Shown here: positions 1 to 9,231 of the stretch, one piece after another
How positions within the stretch are numbered: position 1 is the first letter of the stretch
Layout: every line of letters starts with the position of its first letter
Source of the DNA: a virus
Length of the DNA: 64,000 nt
Strand: one strand, 5' to 3'
Virus record (IMG/VR): IMGVR_UViG_3300026311_000001
Coordinates: 19,873-83,872 of that record
Translations under genes and position numbers: made by a program
The notes under the pieces: model-generated
Seen by the model: the letters and a program-made list of their open reading frames with translations, nothing else
Databases searched by the model: none
What the model was told of the DNA's origin: nothing

Positions 1-2
1 CA

Positions 3-248
3 CGGAGAGGCGTACAACCTGATGAGGCCGGAAGGCTGAAGGTGCTGAAAGCTATCCAGGAAGAGATATTTAGCAGGAACAGGTACCAGATCATTGATGC
101 TATAGTATCTCATAAGGAAGCGGAGATAAGAGCTGAACTTCAAAAGAAGTACGAGAACAAGACTCCGATAAGCACACCACAGGCTCCTAAATTGGACGAT
201 GCAGCGAAAGCGGCTAACGCACAATGGAGGAAGGTTGTAGGGGTGTAA
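3..248 (+). CDS. hypothetical head-module protein, C-terminal part (ORF open to left window edge)
   Basis: Frame of ORF 42..248 has no stop back to base 3; lies directly upstream of the putative capsid gene. Confidence 0.4.
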   Translation, partial: RRGVQPDEAGRLKVLKAIQEEIFSRNRYQIIDAIVSHKEAEIRAELQKKYENKTPISTPQAPKLDDAAKAANAQWRKVVGV

Positions 249-273
249 ATGTGAAACTTTAAAAAATAATAAA

Positions 274-1752
274 ATGCCGACTACAGCAACAATCGGTGGA
301 GCGGCCGTAACGACCCCCACCAGTAATATGACGGTAGGAAATACCGGAGCGACTTGGCTTTCCTGGATGGCCAATGTAGCAGGAGTTACTGATCCTAATA
401 CTTATCCGCAGATCTACAAGAAATACGGAAAGACAGCATACCCATTATTCAGGGATATCATCCGTGCAAAAGGGCAGGAAATGGGAGGCCCGGCACAGGA
501 CTTAAATGTTCTGGAAGAAACAGCATATTGGAGACCTATTGTTACACGTGAAATAATTTCAGCCGGGGAAGCCGGGGCAGCTATCACTGTTTATCTGCAT
601 TCGAGTAATTACGAGAGTACCAAATCACCGGTACAGGAGCGTGATGTTATTCTTATCCCGGCCAAATATCTGAAGGCAGGACAGAATAAATCAGCAGAAT
701 ATGTTGTGATGAAATTGGGAACAGATGCACTTACAAACGACACTCTTACTTGCTATCCGAAAAATACAGCTACGGATATTGACACAGATATTCCGGCAGG
801 AGTTGAACTGGCAGTAGGGCCTAACACATGGGCGGTAGGTGAAGGACAGCCGAAAGGTAAGAACAACTTCCCTGTAGACTACACCTATACTCGTGGTATT
901 ATCAAAGCTACCGTAGGTATTGAGCAGGATTCTGTTGCTACCAAATTTGAGCCTGTAGAATTTAATGGAAACCGTTGGCTTATCAACGACCTTACTATTA
1001 AAATGGAAAGGGACATTGAATTCATGGAAGACTGGATGTTTTTCAGGGGAGAAAAAAACAGCAACCAATCCGTTCTTTTAGGTACTTCAGGGATCACAGG
1101 AGATAATGGGATACTTCGTTCATGTGACGGTCTGACGACCCTTATGGATGATTATTCACTTAACGATACCTATGACACTACATTCGATGAATCACATCTG
1201 GATAATGTAACCGAAGGGCTTATCGCAATGGGCAACCCGTCAAGGGACGTAGCAGTGTACTGCGGCCATATGTTCCGCAAGGATATGAACGATGTGTTCA
1301 GGGATTACATGGAGAAATATTCTTCTTCCGATCTGTATGACCGGGTTAAGAATATGCTAGGGGTAACCCCGGATGTATTGAACTGGAATGGTGTAAACTT
1401 CTATTTCCAGATACTTCACACGCTTAGCAATCCTTCAGTAACCGGTATTACCGCAAGTGGAGATTATCTGTATGAAGAACCTTATATGGCTATTTTCATC
1501 CCTGATAACCCTATCACGGTATCTAAGTTCGGGGAACAGGTAAATGCTTCTATACCGAATATCGGAGTTCAGTATACCAATTACAATGGCGAGAACAATG
1601 GTAAGGTGTTCAACATACTGAAAGGTATGACAAACCTTGAAGGAGGTAACCTGGGTACTGACAAAGCAGGTGTATTCTACTACATGATGTCAGAATCTAA
1701 GTTCTTCGGTGGAGCCTGGGAGCAGAAATTCCTTTACAGGAAACAGAAATAA
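274..1752 (+). CDS. putative major capsid protein
   Basis: 492-aa ORF at the head of the structural block, followed by a strong hairpin terminator; assignment by size and context only. Confidence 0.5.
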   Translation: MPTTATIGGAAVTTPTSNMTVGNTGATWLSWMANVAGVTDPNTYPQIYKKYGKTAYPLFRDIIRAKGQEMGGPAQDLNVLEETAYWRPIVTREIISAGEAGAAITVYLHSSNYESTKSPVQERDVILIPAKYLKAGQNKSAEYVVMKLGTDALTNDTLTCYPKNTATDIDTDIPAGVELAVGPNTWAVGEGQPKGKNNFPVDYTYTRGIIKATVGIEQDSVATKFEPVEFNGNRWLINDLTIKMERDIEFMEDWMFFRGEKNSNQSVLLGTSGITGDNGILRSCDGLTTLMDDYSLNDTYDTTFDESHLDNVTEGLIAMGNPSRDVAVYCGHMFRKDMNDVFRDYMEKYSSSDLYDRVKNMLGVTPDVLNWNGVNFYFQILHTLSNPSVTGITASGDYLYEEPYMAIFIPDNPITVSKFGEQVNASIPNIGVQYTNYNGENNGKVFNILKGMTNLEGGNLGTDKAGVFYYMMSESKFFGGAWEQKFLYRKQK

Positions 1753-1757
1753 AAAAC

Positions 1758-1780
1758 GGAGGGGGTAATACCCCTCCTTT
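1758..1780 (+). terminator. hairpin terminator after capsid gene
   Basis: GGAGGGG-gtaata-CCCCTCC followed by TTT. Confidence 0.6.
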
Positions 1781-1807
1781 CATAATACCAACACAAAACA
1801 AAACAAA

Positions 1808-2866
1808 ATGATAGTCGTAGATAAGAAAGAATTGAATTTAGACACGCCGGTAACGCATAATGAACTATTGGTGTCTAAATGGATCTCAGATCAAAAAGAA
1901 AAAAGAGGTAATGATGCAGTCATAAAACTCATCGACATAACGCCTCTGAAGAAAAATCAACTTGTATTTAAGCAGCCGAAAGGATTTGACGTATCAGGGC
2001 ATAAGGTAAACAGTAAGACCGGTGTGAAAGAATACTGGATATACTGTGACCAGAATCCTAAAGTGTTGAAAAACGGAGAAAAGTATTATCCAAAGAAACA
2101 TTTAAGGTTTTTCCGGGAAGCAAGTTTCTCTTTAAACGGAGATGCCGCATTGCTATATTTCTTACTTGAAGTAGTAGATGTAAAACAGTTCGGTTTTATC
2201 GTAGAGGACAAAGAGGCAATGGCAAAGAAAAAGCTTGACATGAGAAGAAATGCCTCTATTGTTGAGAACATAATCCTTGAAAAGTTAACGAAAGAAGATG
2301 TCGTTAAGTTTGCCGGACGTTGGGGGATAAAAGTAGATGGCAAAGGAGATAACGAACTTCGTGATGAACTATGGGAAGCCATAAAAGTGATGAATGAAAA
2401 GGCAAGGAAATCCGGTGACGATGATAACAAGATTTTCAGGCAGTTTATTGCCGAGGCTAACAGTGACGGGACAATTGTAAAGGTAGGAATGTACTTCTAT
2501 AAAGCTTTAAAAGATAAGCTTATCTCGTTCAATCCGAACAACAGGACATATTTCTGGACGGACAGCCATGAAGTATTAGGAGGATATATCCCGCCGAATA
2601 TGATCCATTCAAAGGAAGAATATATTATCAACTTATTGACCAATGATGAAAAAGAAAGAAACCAATTTATGATGGTTTTAGGGGGAGAAGTCGATAAGGT
2701 AGCTGCTGACGCCGGGGATTATAAAATGATCAAATCGCCTATGGCAAAAAAGGCATGGGCTAAAAAACATCTCGGATTAGAAATTCCTTTGGTAAGACTT
2801 GAAGAAGGGGATAAGCTAATCGAGGAATTTTTGAATAAGAGCAAAGAACAAGTTCCGACAGAATAG
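1808..2866 (+). CDS. hypothetical protein (head module)
   Basis: 352-aa ORF, lysine-rich, no motif recognised. Confidence 0.5.
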   Translation: MIVVDKKELNLDTPVTHNELLVSKWISDQKEKRGNDAVIKLIDITPLKKNQLVFKQPKGFDVSGHKVNSKTGVKEYWIYCDQNPKVLKNGEKYYPKKHLRFFREASFSLNGDAALLYFLLEVVDVKQFGFIVEDKEAMAKKKLDMRRNASIVENIILEKLTKEDVVKFAGRWGIKVDGKGDNELRDELWEAIKVMNEKARKSGDDDNKIFRQFIAEANSDGTIVKVGMYFYKALKDKLISFNPNNRTYFWTDSHEVLGGYIPPNMIHSKEEYIINLLTNDEKERNQFMMVLGGEVDKVAADAGDYKMIKSPMAKKAWAKKHLGLEIPLVRLEEGDKLIEEFLNKSKEQVPTE

Positions 2867-2889
2867 TGTTTTGTTTTCGTTGGTTGTCA

Positions 2890-2922
2890 GTCCTCTTGTC
2901 TTTAAGATAAGGGGACTTTTTT
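2890..2922 (+). terminator. hairpin terminator
   Basis: GTCCTCTTGTC-tttaa-GATAAGGGGAC followed by TTTTTT. Confidence 0.55.
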
Positions 2923-2977
2923 GTAATAAAAATCCACGGTTCAGTTGACCGGGGATAAACTAACCGTTCCTTCAAAG

Positions 2978-4102
2978 TTATGAAATCTTACCAAGGTTAA
3001 ATTCCATTACTTCTTCTGGTTTGCAACAGGCACCGTAGAGTCCTGTAATAAATCGCAACAAAATATTCAAGGATGCATTCAAATCTGCGTTGTCCTCGTG
3101 GCTACATTTAAGACACCTGAATATCTCTAAGTTTCGATTCATCCTATCAGAATAACCACATTTCGGACAGGTTGTACTTGTATAAAACGGAGCTACAGTG
3201 CGAAACTTAACACGGTTAAGTTCACATGCCATTTCAAGCCGTTTCAACCAATACTTCCAATTCCAAATTCCAATAGAGCGTCTAATATTTTTAGTCAATA
3301 GACGTTTGACCTTTGTATTCTTTCCAAGATCCTTCAATTTTTCAACTACAATCATATCAGGATCAAGTTTAATTATCTCTTGGACTACTTCATCTATTCT
3401 TTGTTTTAAAGCTCTACGAGCCTGTTTCTGACCGTTTGAGCCATGCTTACATCTCTTTACTCTTTCAATACATGATTTAATGTCAGTACCAAGCTGTGTT
3501 CTATTTGAAAGAGATGCTAAAGCATTAATACCAGTATCAATACCCAAAACCTTGTTACCTTCTTTTTTAGGTAAAGTTTCAATTTCAAAACTAAACTGAA
3601 CATATCTATCTGTAATGATATATGAATTCAATCGTTTACCTTGCAGACTCAACTTATTAAAATGTTTGTGATATCTAATTGGTAAATCCATTATATGTTT
3701 ACCACCAACAGAAGCAACGTGCAACCAAGCATCAAATTCAACAGACTCCTTTGAATCTATCAAATCAGCGATAGTACAAGAAACATACATTCTTTTGCCT
3801 TTGTGAACAGGCATTACCATCTTATTTGGTTTATCTTTCCACCTTTCACGAGTAGCTTTGATCATATCAATCGCTTCACGGGCACAAACTTTCCGCAATC
3901 TTGCCGATAGCCACGTATCCTTTGGAAGATCAACTATATCTTTAAGCAATTCAGATTTGGATGGTAAGTTGCCATTCTCCCAGAAGTGCTTAATAAAGAC
4001 ATTACAAACCTTACCATATTCAGTAAGTATAGTTTGTAATTCTTCGATTTTAGATTTAGTAGCAAACTTTAAGCTACATTTAGTTGATCTTATCAGTTTC
4101 AT
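2978..4102 (-). CDS. tnpB: TnpB-like RuvC nuclease (IS607-associated type)
   Basis: RuvC-I VLGIDTGINALASLS, RuvC-II MIVVEKLKDL, zinc ribbon CPKCG..CLKC, RuvC-III DNADLNASLNI. Confidence 0.85.
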   Translation of the reverse strand: MKLIRSTKCSLKFATKSKIEELQTILTEYGKVCNVFIKHFWENGNLPSKSELLKDIVDLPKDTWLSARLRKVCAREAIDMIKATRERWKDKPNKMVMPVHKGKRMYVSCTIADLIDSKESVEFDAWLHVASVGGKHIMDLPIRYHKHFNKLSLQGKRLNSYIITDRYVQFSFEIETLPKKEGNKVLGIDTGINALASLSNRTQLGTDIKSCIERVKRCKHGSNGQKQARRALKQRIDEVVQEIIKLDPDMIVVEKLKDLGKNTKVKRLLTKNIRRSIGIWNWKYWLKRLEMACELNRVKFRTVAPFYTSTTCPKCGYSDRMNRNLEIFRCLKCSHEDNADLNASLNILLRFITGLYGACCKPEEVMEFNLGKIS

Positions 4103-4372
4103 ACATATACAACGTCTTTAAGACCACCTATATGTTGGTGTTGATTCACATCGGGATTGTTACAATCCAGTACTTTATCCACAACACTGAGAGTTTCCTC
4201 TCTGTTTAATTGTGAATTTGTAGAGCAAAGAACTTGTGAAGCATTCTCTGGTACGTTTTTTAACTCTAATTGTAACTTCTGCATAAATTTTAATTTTTAA
4301 GCTCCCTAATCAACTCTTACGTTGTGCATCACTACACAAGCCCCTTGATCTTCAGTCAAGGGGTAATTGACT
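4103..4372 (-). ncRNA. HEARO/IscB-omega-RNA-like structured RNA candidate, copy 1
   Basis: About 70% identical over ~270 nt to 25823-26100. Differences keep the hairpins intact (CCCCTTGA..TCAAGGGG here, CCCTTCCC..GGGAAGGG there). ORF 4099..4284 is probably not coding. Confidence 0.4.
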
Positions 4373-4789
4373 TTGTTTCTTTTTCCTATTTTCAGCACTT
4401 CTTTTGCCATAAACTTTTGATGATGTTGAAGCAACCAATGACATAATATCTTCAACCAATTCAGCTTCAAAAGACTTTGGTAATGTTTCTTCTAATATAA
4501 CAACATCTACTCCATGACTACTGAAAAACCTTTGATAAACTGCAAAGTTAAACCTTGTCAATCTATCTTTATGTTCAACAATAACTTTATTAATCTTGTG
4601 TTTTTCTGCAATATCTAATAGTTTATGTAATTTAACTCTTGTATCTGACATTCCAGAACCAACTTCTTCAAAGATGAAATCAACTTGATATTTCTTTTTA
4701 ACGCAATATTCAAGCAGTCTACCTTTCTGTCTATCTAAATCACCTTTTTGTTTCTGTTCATGGGAAGATACTCTACAATAAACCCTTAT
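4352..4789 (-). pseudogene. tnpA: IS607-type serine recombinase TnpA, N-terminally truncated (no HTH domain, no ATG)
   Basis: In-frame extension upstream of ORF 4352..4651 reads ..IRVYCRVSSHEQKQKGDLDRQKGRLLEYC.. (catalytic Ser motif). The frame closes at 4835-4837 with no ATG. Confidence 0.75.
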
Positions 4790-5106
4790 TTCTTGTTTGC
4801 GCCGGTAACTTTTGCGGCCATGTTCAATACAAAATCATCCCATGTCCAATCTGTTTCCTTTGCAATTTTCTGTCCTAACCTTACAACAGCCTGAAGTGCT
4901 TCTTTTGCTTCGGGATTCAATTCATCCATCTTACCCAGGTAGTCAGAAACAATAGCGTTGTAATCAGAAATACTCGAAACAACATTGTTGTCAACTTCTG
5001 TTTTGGTTTTGTCGATAATGAAAGCTCCGACAATAAGCAGATCTTGTCCAATTTCGCTATTAAGAATAGCTTTAAATTCTTCGGGAGTTAATTTAATCTT
5101 ACCCAT
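4786..5106 (-). CDS. hypothetical protein
   Basis: 106-aa ORF; the IS607-like element abuts its stop codon. Confidence 0.5.
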   Translation of the reverse strand: MGKIKLTPEEFKAILNSEIGQDLLIVGAFIIDKTKTEVDNNVVSSISDYNAIVSDYLGKMDELNPEAKEALQAVVRLGQKIAKETDWTWDDFVLNMAAKVTGANKK

Positions 5107-5289
5107 AAAAGTACTTTTTTGATTATTAATAGAAATTATAGATCGTTATAACGTGTACAAGGTACGAAAAAAATTGAATAAATAGTTTGTTTATGTAAAA
5201 AATGTATTATAGTTGTGTCGTTATAGCACACATATTAATGAGAAGATTTCGTGAAGATTTCTTGTAATATATTAAGCCTTATTGATTTT

Positions 5290-5577
5290 TCAGTAAGGCT
5301 TTTTAATGTTTTTATTAATAGAATCGTTAACCTTTCGTATAATTGACTTGTCAGATTTAAGATCCCGGTGTATAATTCCTACGCCTCCCAAGATTGTAAA
5401 TCCGAAGTTCATCGCTTCCAGAACATCGGGATCAACATTGTTTTTTACGACTGCCAATTGACAGGCTCCTAATCCGATAATGGATATTGCAGATTTTTTA
5501 CCATTAAACCATCTGCCAGCTTTTACAACACCTGACCAAACTTTCTGACCAAATGTCTTTTGGGGTTCTTGTGTCAT
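5290..5577 (-). CDS. small membrane protein, holin candidate
   Basis: Two hydrophobic segments (ISIIGLGACQLAVV, FGFTILGGVGII); directly downstream of the lysozyme gene, which its start overlaps. Confidence 0.35.
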   Translation of the reverse strand: MTQEPQKTFGQKVWSGVVKAGRWFNGKKSAISIIGLGACQLAVVKNNVDPDVLEAMNFGFTILGGVGIIHRDLKSDKSIIRKVNDSINKNIKKPY

Positions 5578-6119
5578 ATATTAAAATATTTAAGTTGTCC
5601 TGAAATGAATAGTTCAGCTTCGGATTGCCTTCGGTACGTTAGTCCGGGAAGTACTTTTAATACTCCATTAGTCCTAATTTTATTCCACATTAGAAATGCC
5701 TCGTAAATCCTTCCGGGAGAATCTTTAAGTTTAACCCTTTTTAATAATGAACTGGAACCAAAATTTCCGATGCCTATGTTGTACACAATTGATACAAGTG
5801 CATCAAATTGATTTTGGTTAATGGGTAAATTAAGGCTATTTACCATGATTTCCCTTTTATCACAATCTTCGTCCAACCAATCTACAGCTTTGCTTTCTGT
5901 CAGCCCTTCGCAAAGTTTATAGGCAAGTTTTTTGTCTTTCTCACCTTTCAGGAATGATCCGGTTTCAGGATTCCTCAATGCCCTGCCATATCCACCTGTC
6001 CAGATACCTTTCGGGCAGGTTTTGGGCTGTAGTCCTATCATATGAAGATCTCCGTCATGAAGTCCTTCATAATGCTTGATAAGATCAAGTCCTTGAGTAC
6101 TGATTTTAAATGAGGTCAT
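5574..6119 (-). CDS. endolysin, phage lysozyme (GH24-like)
   Basis: ISTQGLDLIKHYEGL.. N-terminal lysozyme signature; likely start is the MTSFKIS ATG at 6119, overlapping the upstream stop. Confidence 0.7.
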   Translation of the reverse strand: MTSFKISTQGLDLIKHYEGLHDGDLHMIGLQPKTCPKGIWTGGYGRALRNPETGSFLKGEKDKKLAYKLCEGLTESKAVDWLDEDCDKREIMVNSLNLPINQNQFDALVSIVYNIGIGNFGSSSLLKRVKLKDSPGRIYEAFLMWNKIRTNGVLKVLPGLTYRRQSEAELFISGQLKYFNI

Positions 6120-6466
6120 TGTTTCATTTTTATTAAATCCTTTATATCGTCTAATCTGCAAGCGAAATCTTCAAATCTCGCACTTACAAAGCAACGAAAT
6201 TGTTCTATCGTGTCCTTAAAATCGTTTTTCACGTTAGCAAGGTCACGTTCACCTTCCTTGCTCATATTATCAATTTTATCGGTTAAATCTTTTTTTATCT
6301 CATCAAGTGCCGATTTATCTGCTTTCTTATCAAGAGCTTCACGGGTTTCTTTTTTTGATGCTAATATCGCACCCCCAATTGACAATAATAAAGTTACCAA
6401 TATAGAACCTATTTTTATCCACATATCATGCGAAGCAGAAGCCGAAATAACAGTATCAAGATACAT
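6116..6466 (-). CDS. membrane-anchored coiled-coil protein (lysis module)
   Basis: N-terminal TM IGSILVTLLLSIGGAILA followed by a charged helical region. Confidence 0.4.
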   Translation of the reverse strand: MYLDTVISASASHDMWIKIGSILVTLLLSIGGAILASKKETREALDKKADKSALDEIKKDLTDKIDNMSKEGERDLANVKNDFKDTIEQFRCFVSARFEDFACRLDDIKDLIKMKQ

Positions 6467-6750
6467 AAGGCCATAAATATTATAAATTCATACAAAAACT
6501 TCCATCCATATTTAATTGCCATCAGATTATAGAGAAATATACAAAAATACCCCAACTGCACCAACCCGACAATCAATATAATCCGGCCTTTTAATGTGTC
6601 TGTGCTTAAAGCTACCAATACAATACCTGTTCCGGCACAAGTAAACAGATAATGGATCGGAGATAGATCAGTAATCAAAAATAGCGGATAGGATGCAAAG
6701 ATTAACAATGCACCTATCACAGCTATAGTATTTCTAAACCTCTCACTCAT
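6415..6750 (-). CDS. polytopic membrane protein (lysis module)
   Basis: Three to four hydrophobic helices across 111 aa. Confidence 0.4.
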   Translation of the reverse strand: MSERFRNTIAVIGALLIFASYPLFLITDLSPIHYLFTCAGTGIVLVALSTDTLKGRIILIVGLVQLGYFCIFLYNLMAIKYGWKFLYEFIIFMALCILILLFRLLLRMICG

Positions 6751-7238
6751 TATTTTGGAGGTTTTGGAGGATCAGGCGGTGGCGGTATTGTGTCATGCCC
6801 GGCGGTGATCATACTTGTCAGTCCTTGCGCTGCCGAAGCTATTGCGACAAAAGCGTCCTTTGCATCTTTGACCTCGCTCTGTGGCTTTAGTTCAGATTCA
6901 TTGAGCCATAGAGGGGAGTTATAAAACTTGATTGTCCCGTCGTAGTACTCGATCAGAGGACACCAACCATAAATAGATTTCTTCAGTGCCGATATCAGGC
7001 TGATGTTGTCAATCGTATACTCATAAATAAAAAGTTTAACCAGGTATTCAAAAAGCACATCACCGGAACCGCCTAACATACTTTTGATTTCAAATTCAGG
7101 AAGCTGGTTATTCAGAATTTCAATCACACTTCCCTGAGTTGTGATATTCGAAATGTTATTCGAATTATCCGCATCGTGGAAATTGAACTCGATGTTCTTG
7201 TTTTCGTAAAGGGTTATATTTTTTATTCCTGCTTGCAT
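6750..7238 (-). CDS. hypothetical protein with proline-rich C-terminus
   Basis: 162-aa ORF ending PPPPDPPKPPK. Confidence 0.45.
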   Translation of the reverse strand: MQAGIKNITLYENKNIEFNFHDADNSNNISNITTQGSVIEILNNQLPEFEIKSMLGGSGDVLFEYLVKLFIYEYTIDNISLISALKKSIYGWCPLIEYYDGTIKFYNSPLWLNESELKPQSEVKDAKDAFVAIASAAQGLTSMITAGHDTIPPPPDPPKPPK

Positions 7239-7378
7239 AGCTTGAATTCGTTTCCTAAGTTACACCCCGGACAATCCTCATTCAACAGCCTCTGAAAATT
7301 CATGCACTTTGAACAATCAATTCCCTTCAGCTTTCTTTTAGCTTCCCGGAGTTGTTTTGGTGTGAGGTGGAGGGTCAT
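7223..7378 (-). CDS. small zinc-ribbon protein (below ORF-track cut-off)
   Basis: My translation: MTLHLTPKQLREAKRKLKGIDCSKCMNFQRLLNEDCPGCNLGNEFKLCKQE; CxxC..CxxC; fills the 7239-7379 gap. Confidence 0.35.
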   Translation of the reverse strand: MTLHLTPKQLREAKRKLKGIDCSKCMNFQRLLNEDCPGCNLGNEFKLCKQE

Positions 7379-7379
7379 T

Positions 7380-8744
7380 TTATTCAGTTACAGTTAATGT
7401 TAATTCAGCAGTTGTCCAAATACCTTGTAATGTTGTCACTTTACTAGCCGTGGCTGCTTCCATATCATCCCCACTAATATTTAACGTGCAATTTGCGGTT
7501 GGCGCATTAGTGGTATAATATGCAATCATAGCATCCAACAAGGCATCTACTTTTAGCGATGGAAAAGCATTGTTTTCAATCCTCATCAAGGTCATACCAG
7601 TTCGGAAAGTGGTTAAATTATCAGCATTCGTGAAATCACAGTTGTATGCCCGGTAATTCAAGGCGTTAGTAGCATGAGGAGTAATTTGAGGAATACCCCC
7701 GTACAAACTCGTGGAATAGATATACACTATGGTAGCTGATGCCGGTAGAATCCAATCAGAACAATCCCCGGTTAACTGTGGATTGTTATACAAATATATC
7801 TTGTCTATAGTTGCAGGAACAGTCCACGTACTTAAATCACTTGTATACCCATTATTGCCACAATATAAATTAACTAAACCGGGTAATAATGGTAAAGGTA
7901 AATGATTAATAAACCCATTACCACTCCCTGATGTAAATTGAGTGACGGCCTCAAATCCATCCTCACTGGTAGCAACAATCCATCCGTATTTACAAGTGAT
8001 AGCCGGTAAATCATTTTGAGTAACAACATCCCCTTCATCATACCCCACCATCCACCGTATAGTTTCCCCTGTCTTTGTATTGGTTTGGGTATTGATATTG
8101 GTAGCGGTATTTGAATTTTCAAGAAATAACAGGAAATCACAACTATCTTTGTTTAATCCATCAGGCCCAAATGTGGTTAAGACGTAAGATGACCCAAGTA
8201 TCCTTTCAATGGTGTCTTTTTGAGCTTGTGAAAAAGTATACATCTCATCATTAATATCCACATAACTGAGCATCATGGTATGCGCCCACGTTGTACCAAC
8301 CTCCACCTCTCCCCCATACGCCACTACTTCCCGTCCCGTCCGGCCTCCGGTCAAAGCCTTTGGAGTAACTCTCACAAGAGGAAAGTATGTACTTGCCGTG
8401 TCTGGCAGGGTTAATGAATCATCTGTTTCTCCCGTCAGGATTAAAGCGTTTGCAAGGGTGCTGTCAGGGGTTAAGTACCATTGGTAAAGATGTGTTCCCG
8501 CTGAATCGTTTTCCCTGTCCTCATAAGTAGGATTAGCGGTTAATGTTTCTCCGGGTATGTTATCTCCTGTAATAGTTACTGAACTGAAGTAAGGATATTG
8601 ATTGTAACGTATATCATTATCAATTATAATAAGCGATTGCCCTTCTCCATTATACCAATAGATTGTATCAGGCGGGATTAGATATGTCTGTCCGAATACG
8701 GACAACGGGAAAAGTAATAGTATGAGTAGTTTACTGTTTTTCAT
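7380..8744 (-). CDS. secreted protein with LRR-like C-terminal region (fibre/receptor-binding candidate)
   Basis: Signal peptide MKNSKLLILLLFPLSVFGQ; repetitive L/N-rich C-terminal region. Confidence 0.45.
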   Translation of the reverse strand: MKNSKLLILLLFPLSVFGQTYLIPPDTIYWYNGEGQSLIIIDNDIRYNQYPYFSSVTITGDNIPGETLTANPTYEDRENDSAGTHLYQWYLTPDSTLANALILTGETDDSLTLPDTASTYFPLVRVTPKALTGGRTGREVVAYGGEVEVGTTWAHTMMLSYVDINDEMYTFSQAQKDTIERILGSSYVLTTFGPDGLNKDSCDFLLFLENSNTATNINTQTNTKTGETIRWMVGYDEGDVVTQNDLPAITCKYGWIVATSEDGFEAVTQFTSGSGNGFINHLPLPLLPGLVNLYCGNNGYTSDLSTWTVPATIDKIYLYNNPQLTGDCSDWILPASATIVYIYSTSLYGGIPQITPHATNALNYRAYNCDFTNADNLTTFRTGMTLMRIENNAFPSLKVDALLDAMIAYYTTNAPTANCTLNISGDDMEAATASKVTTLQGIWTTAELTLTVTE

Positions 8745-9231
8745 AAGCTCCTATATCTGGTGTTCCATTCATTGTATTTTCCAAAATATCCCAAGTTTGA
8801 CCCCAATCATTTCCTGTATTAATAAGATCAGAGCCAGTTACTAATCTATAATCATTAGTTGCAGCATCCTCAAAGTCAGATGCGCATGTATCAATATCTG
8901 CATGATATGTTACTGCGGTATGTTCATCAATATTACCTATATGCATGTAAACGCCCGTAAAGCCAGGGACGTCCTTAAGCATAATATGCCACTTGAACCA
9001 TGAATATTTGACACGGTACTTTATAGTAAGCGGAGACGGCTTTCCATTAACCAGCGTTTTATTCAGCACTAACCTGTACCTTCCTTCAGGGACACGCGTT
9101 TCCTTTTTAACCTTCACAGCATGAAATTCATCTTCCAGGATAAATGCATCGGGGTATGATAGATCGAAGGCGAAGAACAGCCCGTAGGTATAGTCTTCAG
9201 CATGAGCAAAACGGTGGAGAAATACTTCCAT
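8731..9231 (-). CDS. DUF5675-like N-terminal domain fused to a beta-helix-type C-terminal tail
   Basis: YGLFF..ILEDE..VPEGRYRL..HIGN pattern, then ..DYRLVTGSDLINTG..PDIGAYE ending. Confidence 0.35.
   Translation of the reverse strand: MEVFLHRFAHAEDYTYGLFFAFDLSYPDAFILEDEFHAVKVKKETRVPEGRYRLVLNKTLVNGKPSPLTIKYRVKYSWFKWHIMLKDVPGFTGVYMHIGNIDEHTAVTYHADIDTCASDFEDAATNDYRLVTGSDLINTGNDWGQTWDILENTMNGTPDIGAYEKQ

Larger units (their letters stand above)
2930..4834 (-). mobile_element. IS607-like composite: truncated serine-recombinase tnpA, HEARO-like RNA block, tnpB (boundaries approximate)
   Basis: Gene content below; subterminal hairpin GGAACGGTT..AACCGTGG at 2936-2972; inserted at the 3' end of ORF 4786..5106. 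Confidence 0.4.

Noticed and set aside
691-1097. Minus-strand ORFs inside the capsid gene (691..1068, 885..1097), and similar antisense ORFs inside other long genes (for example 10239.., 12495.., 49527.., 55937..)
   Set aside because: They are nested antisense to long, well-supported ORFs, and none is conserved or carries a motif.
4099-4284. ORF 4099..4284 (61 aa) and the N-terminal two-thirds of ORF 25664..26005 as a conserved protein (MQK..SQVLCS.NSQLN.EETLSV)
   Set aside because: Conservation is at the nucleotide level and extends outside the ORFs. Differences preserve hairpins. The block sits where an IscB omega-RNA is expected, and ORF 25664..26005 runs through three unrelated segments (RNA block, PLMP fragment, IS end).
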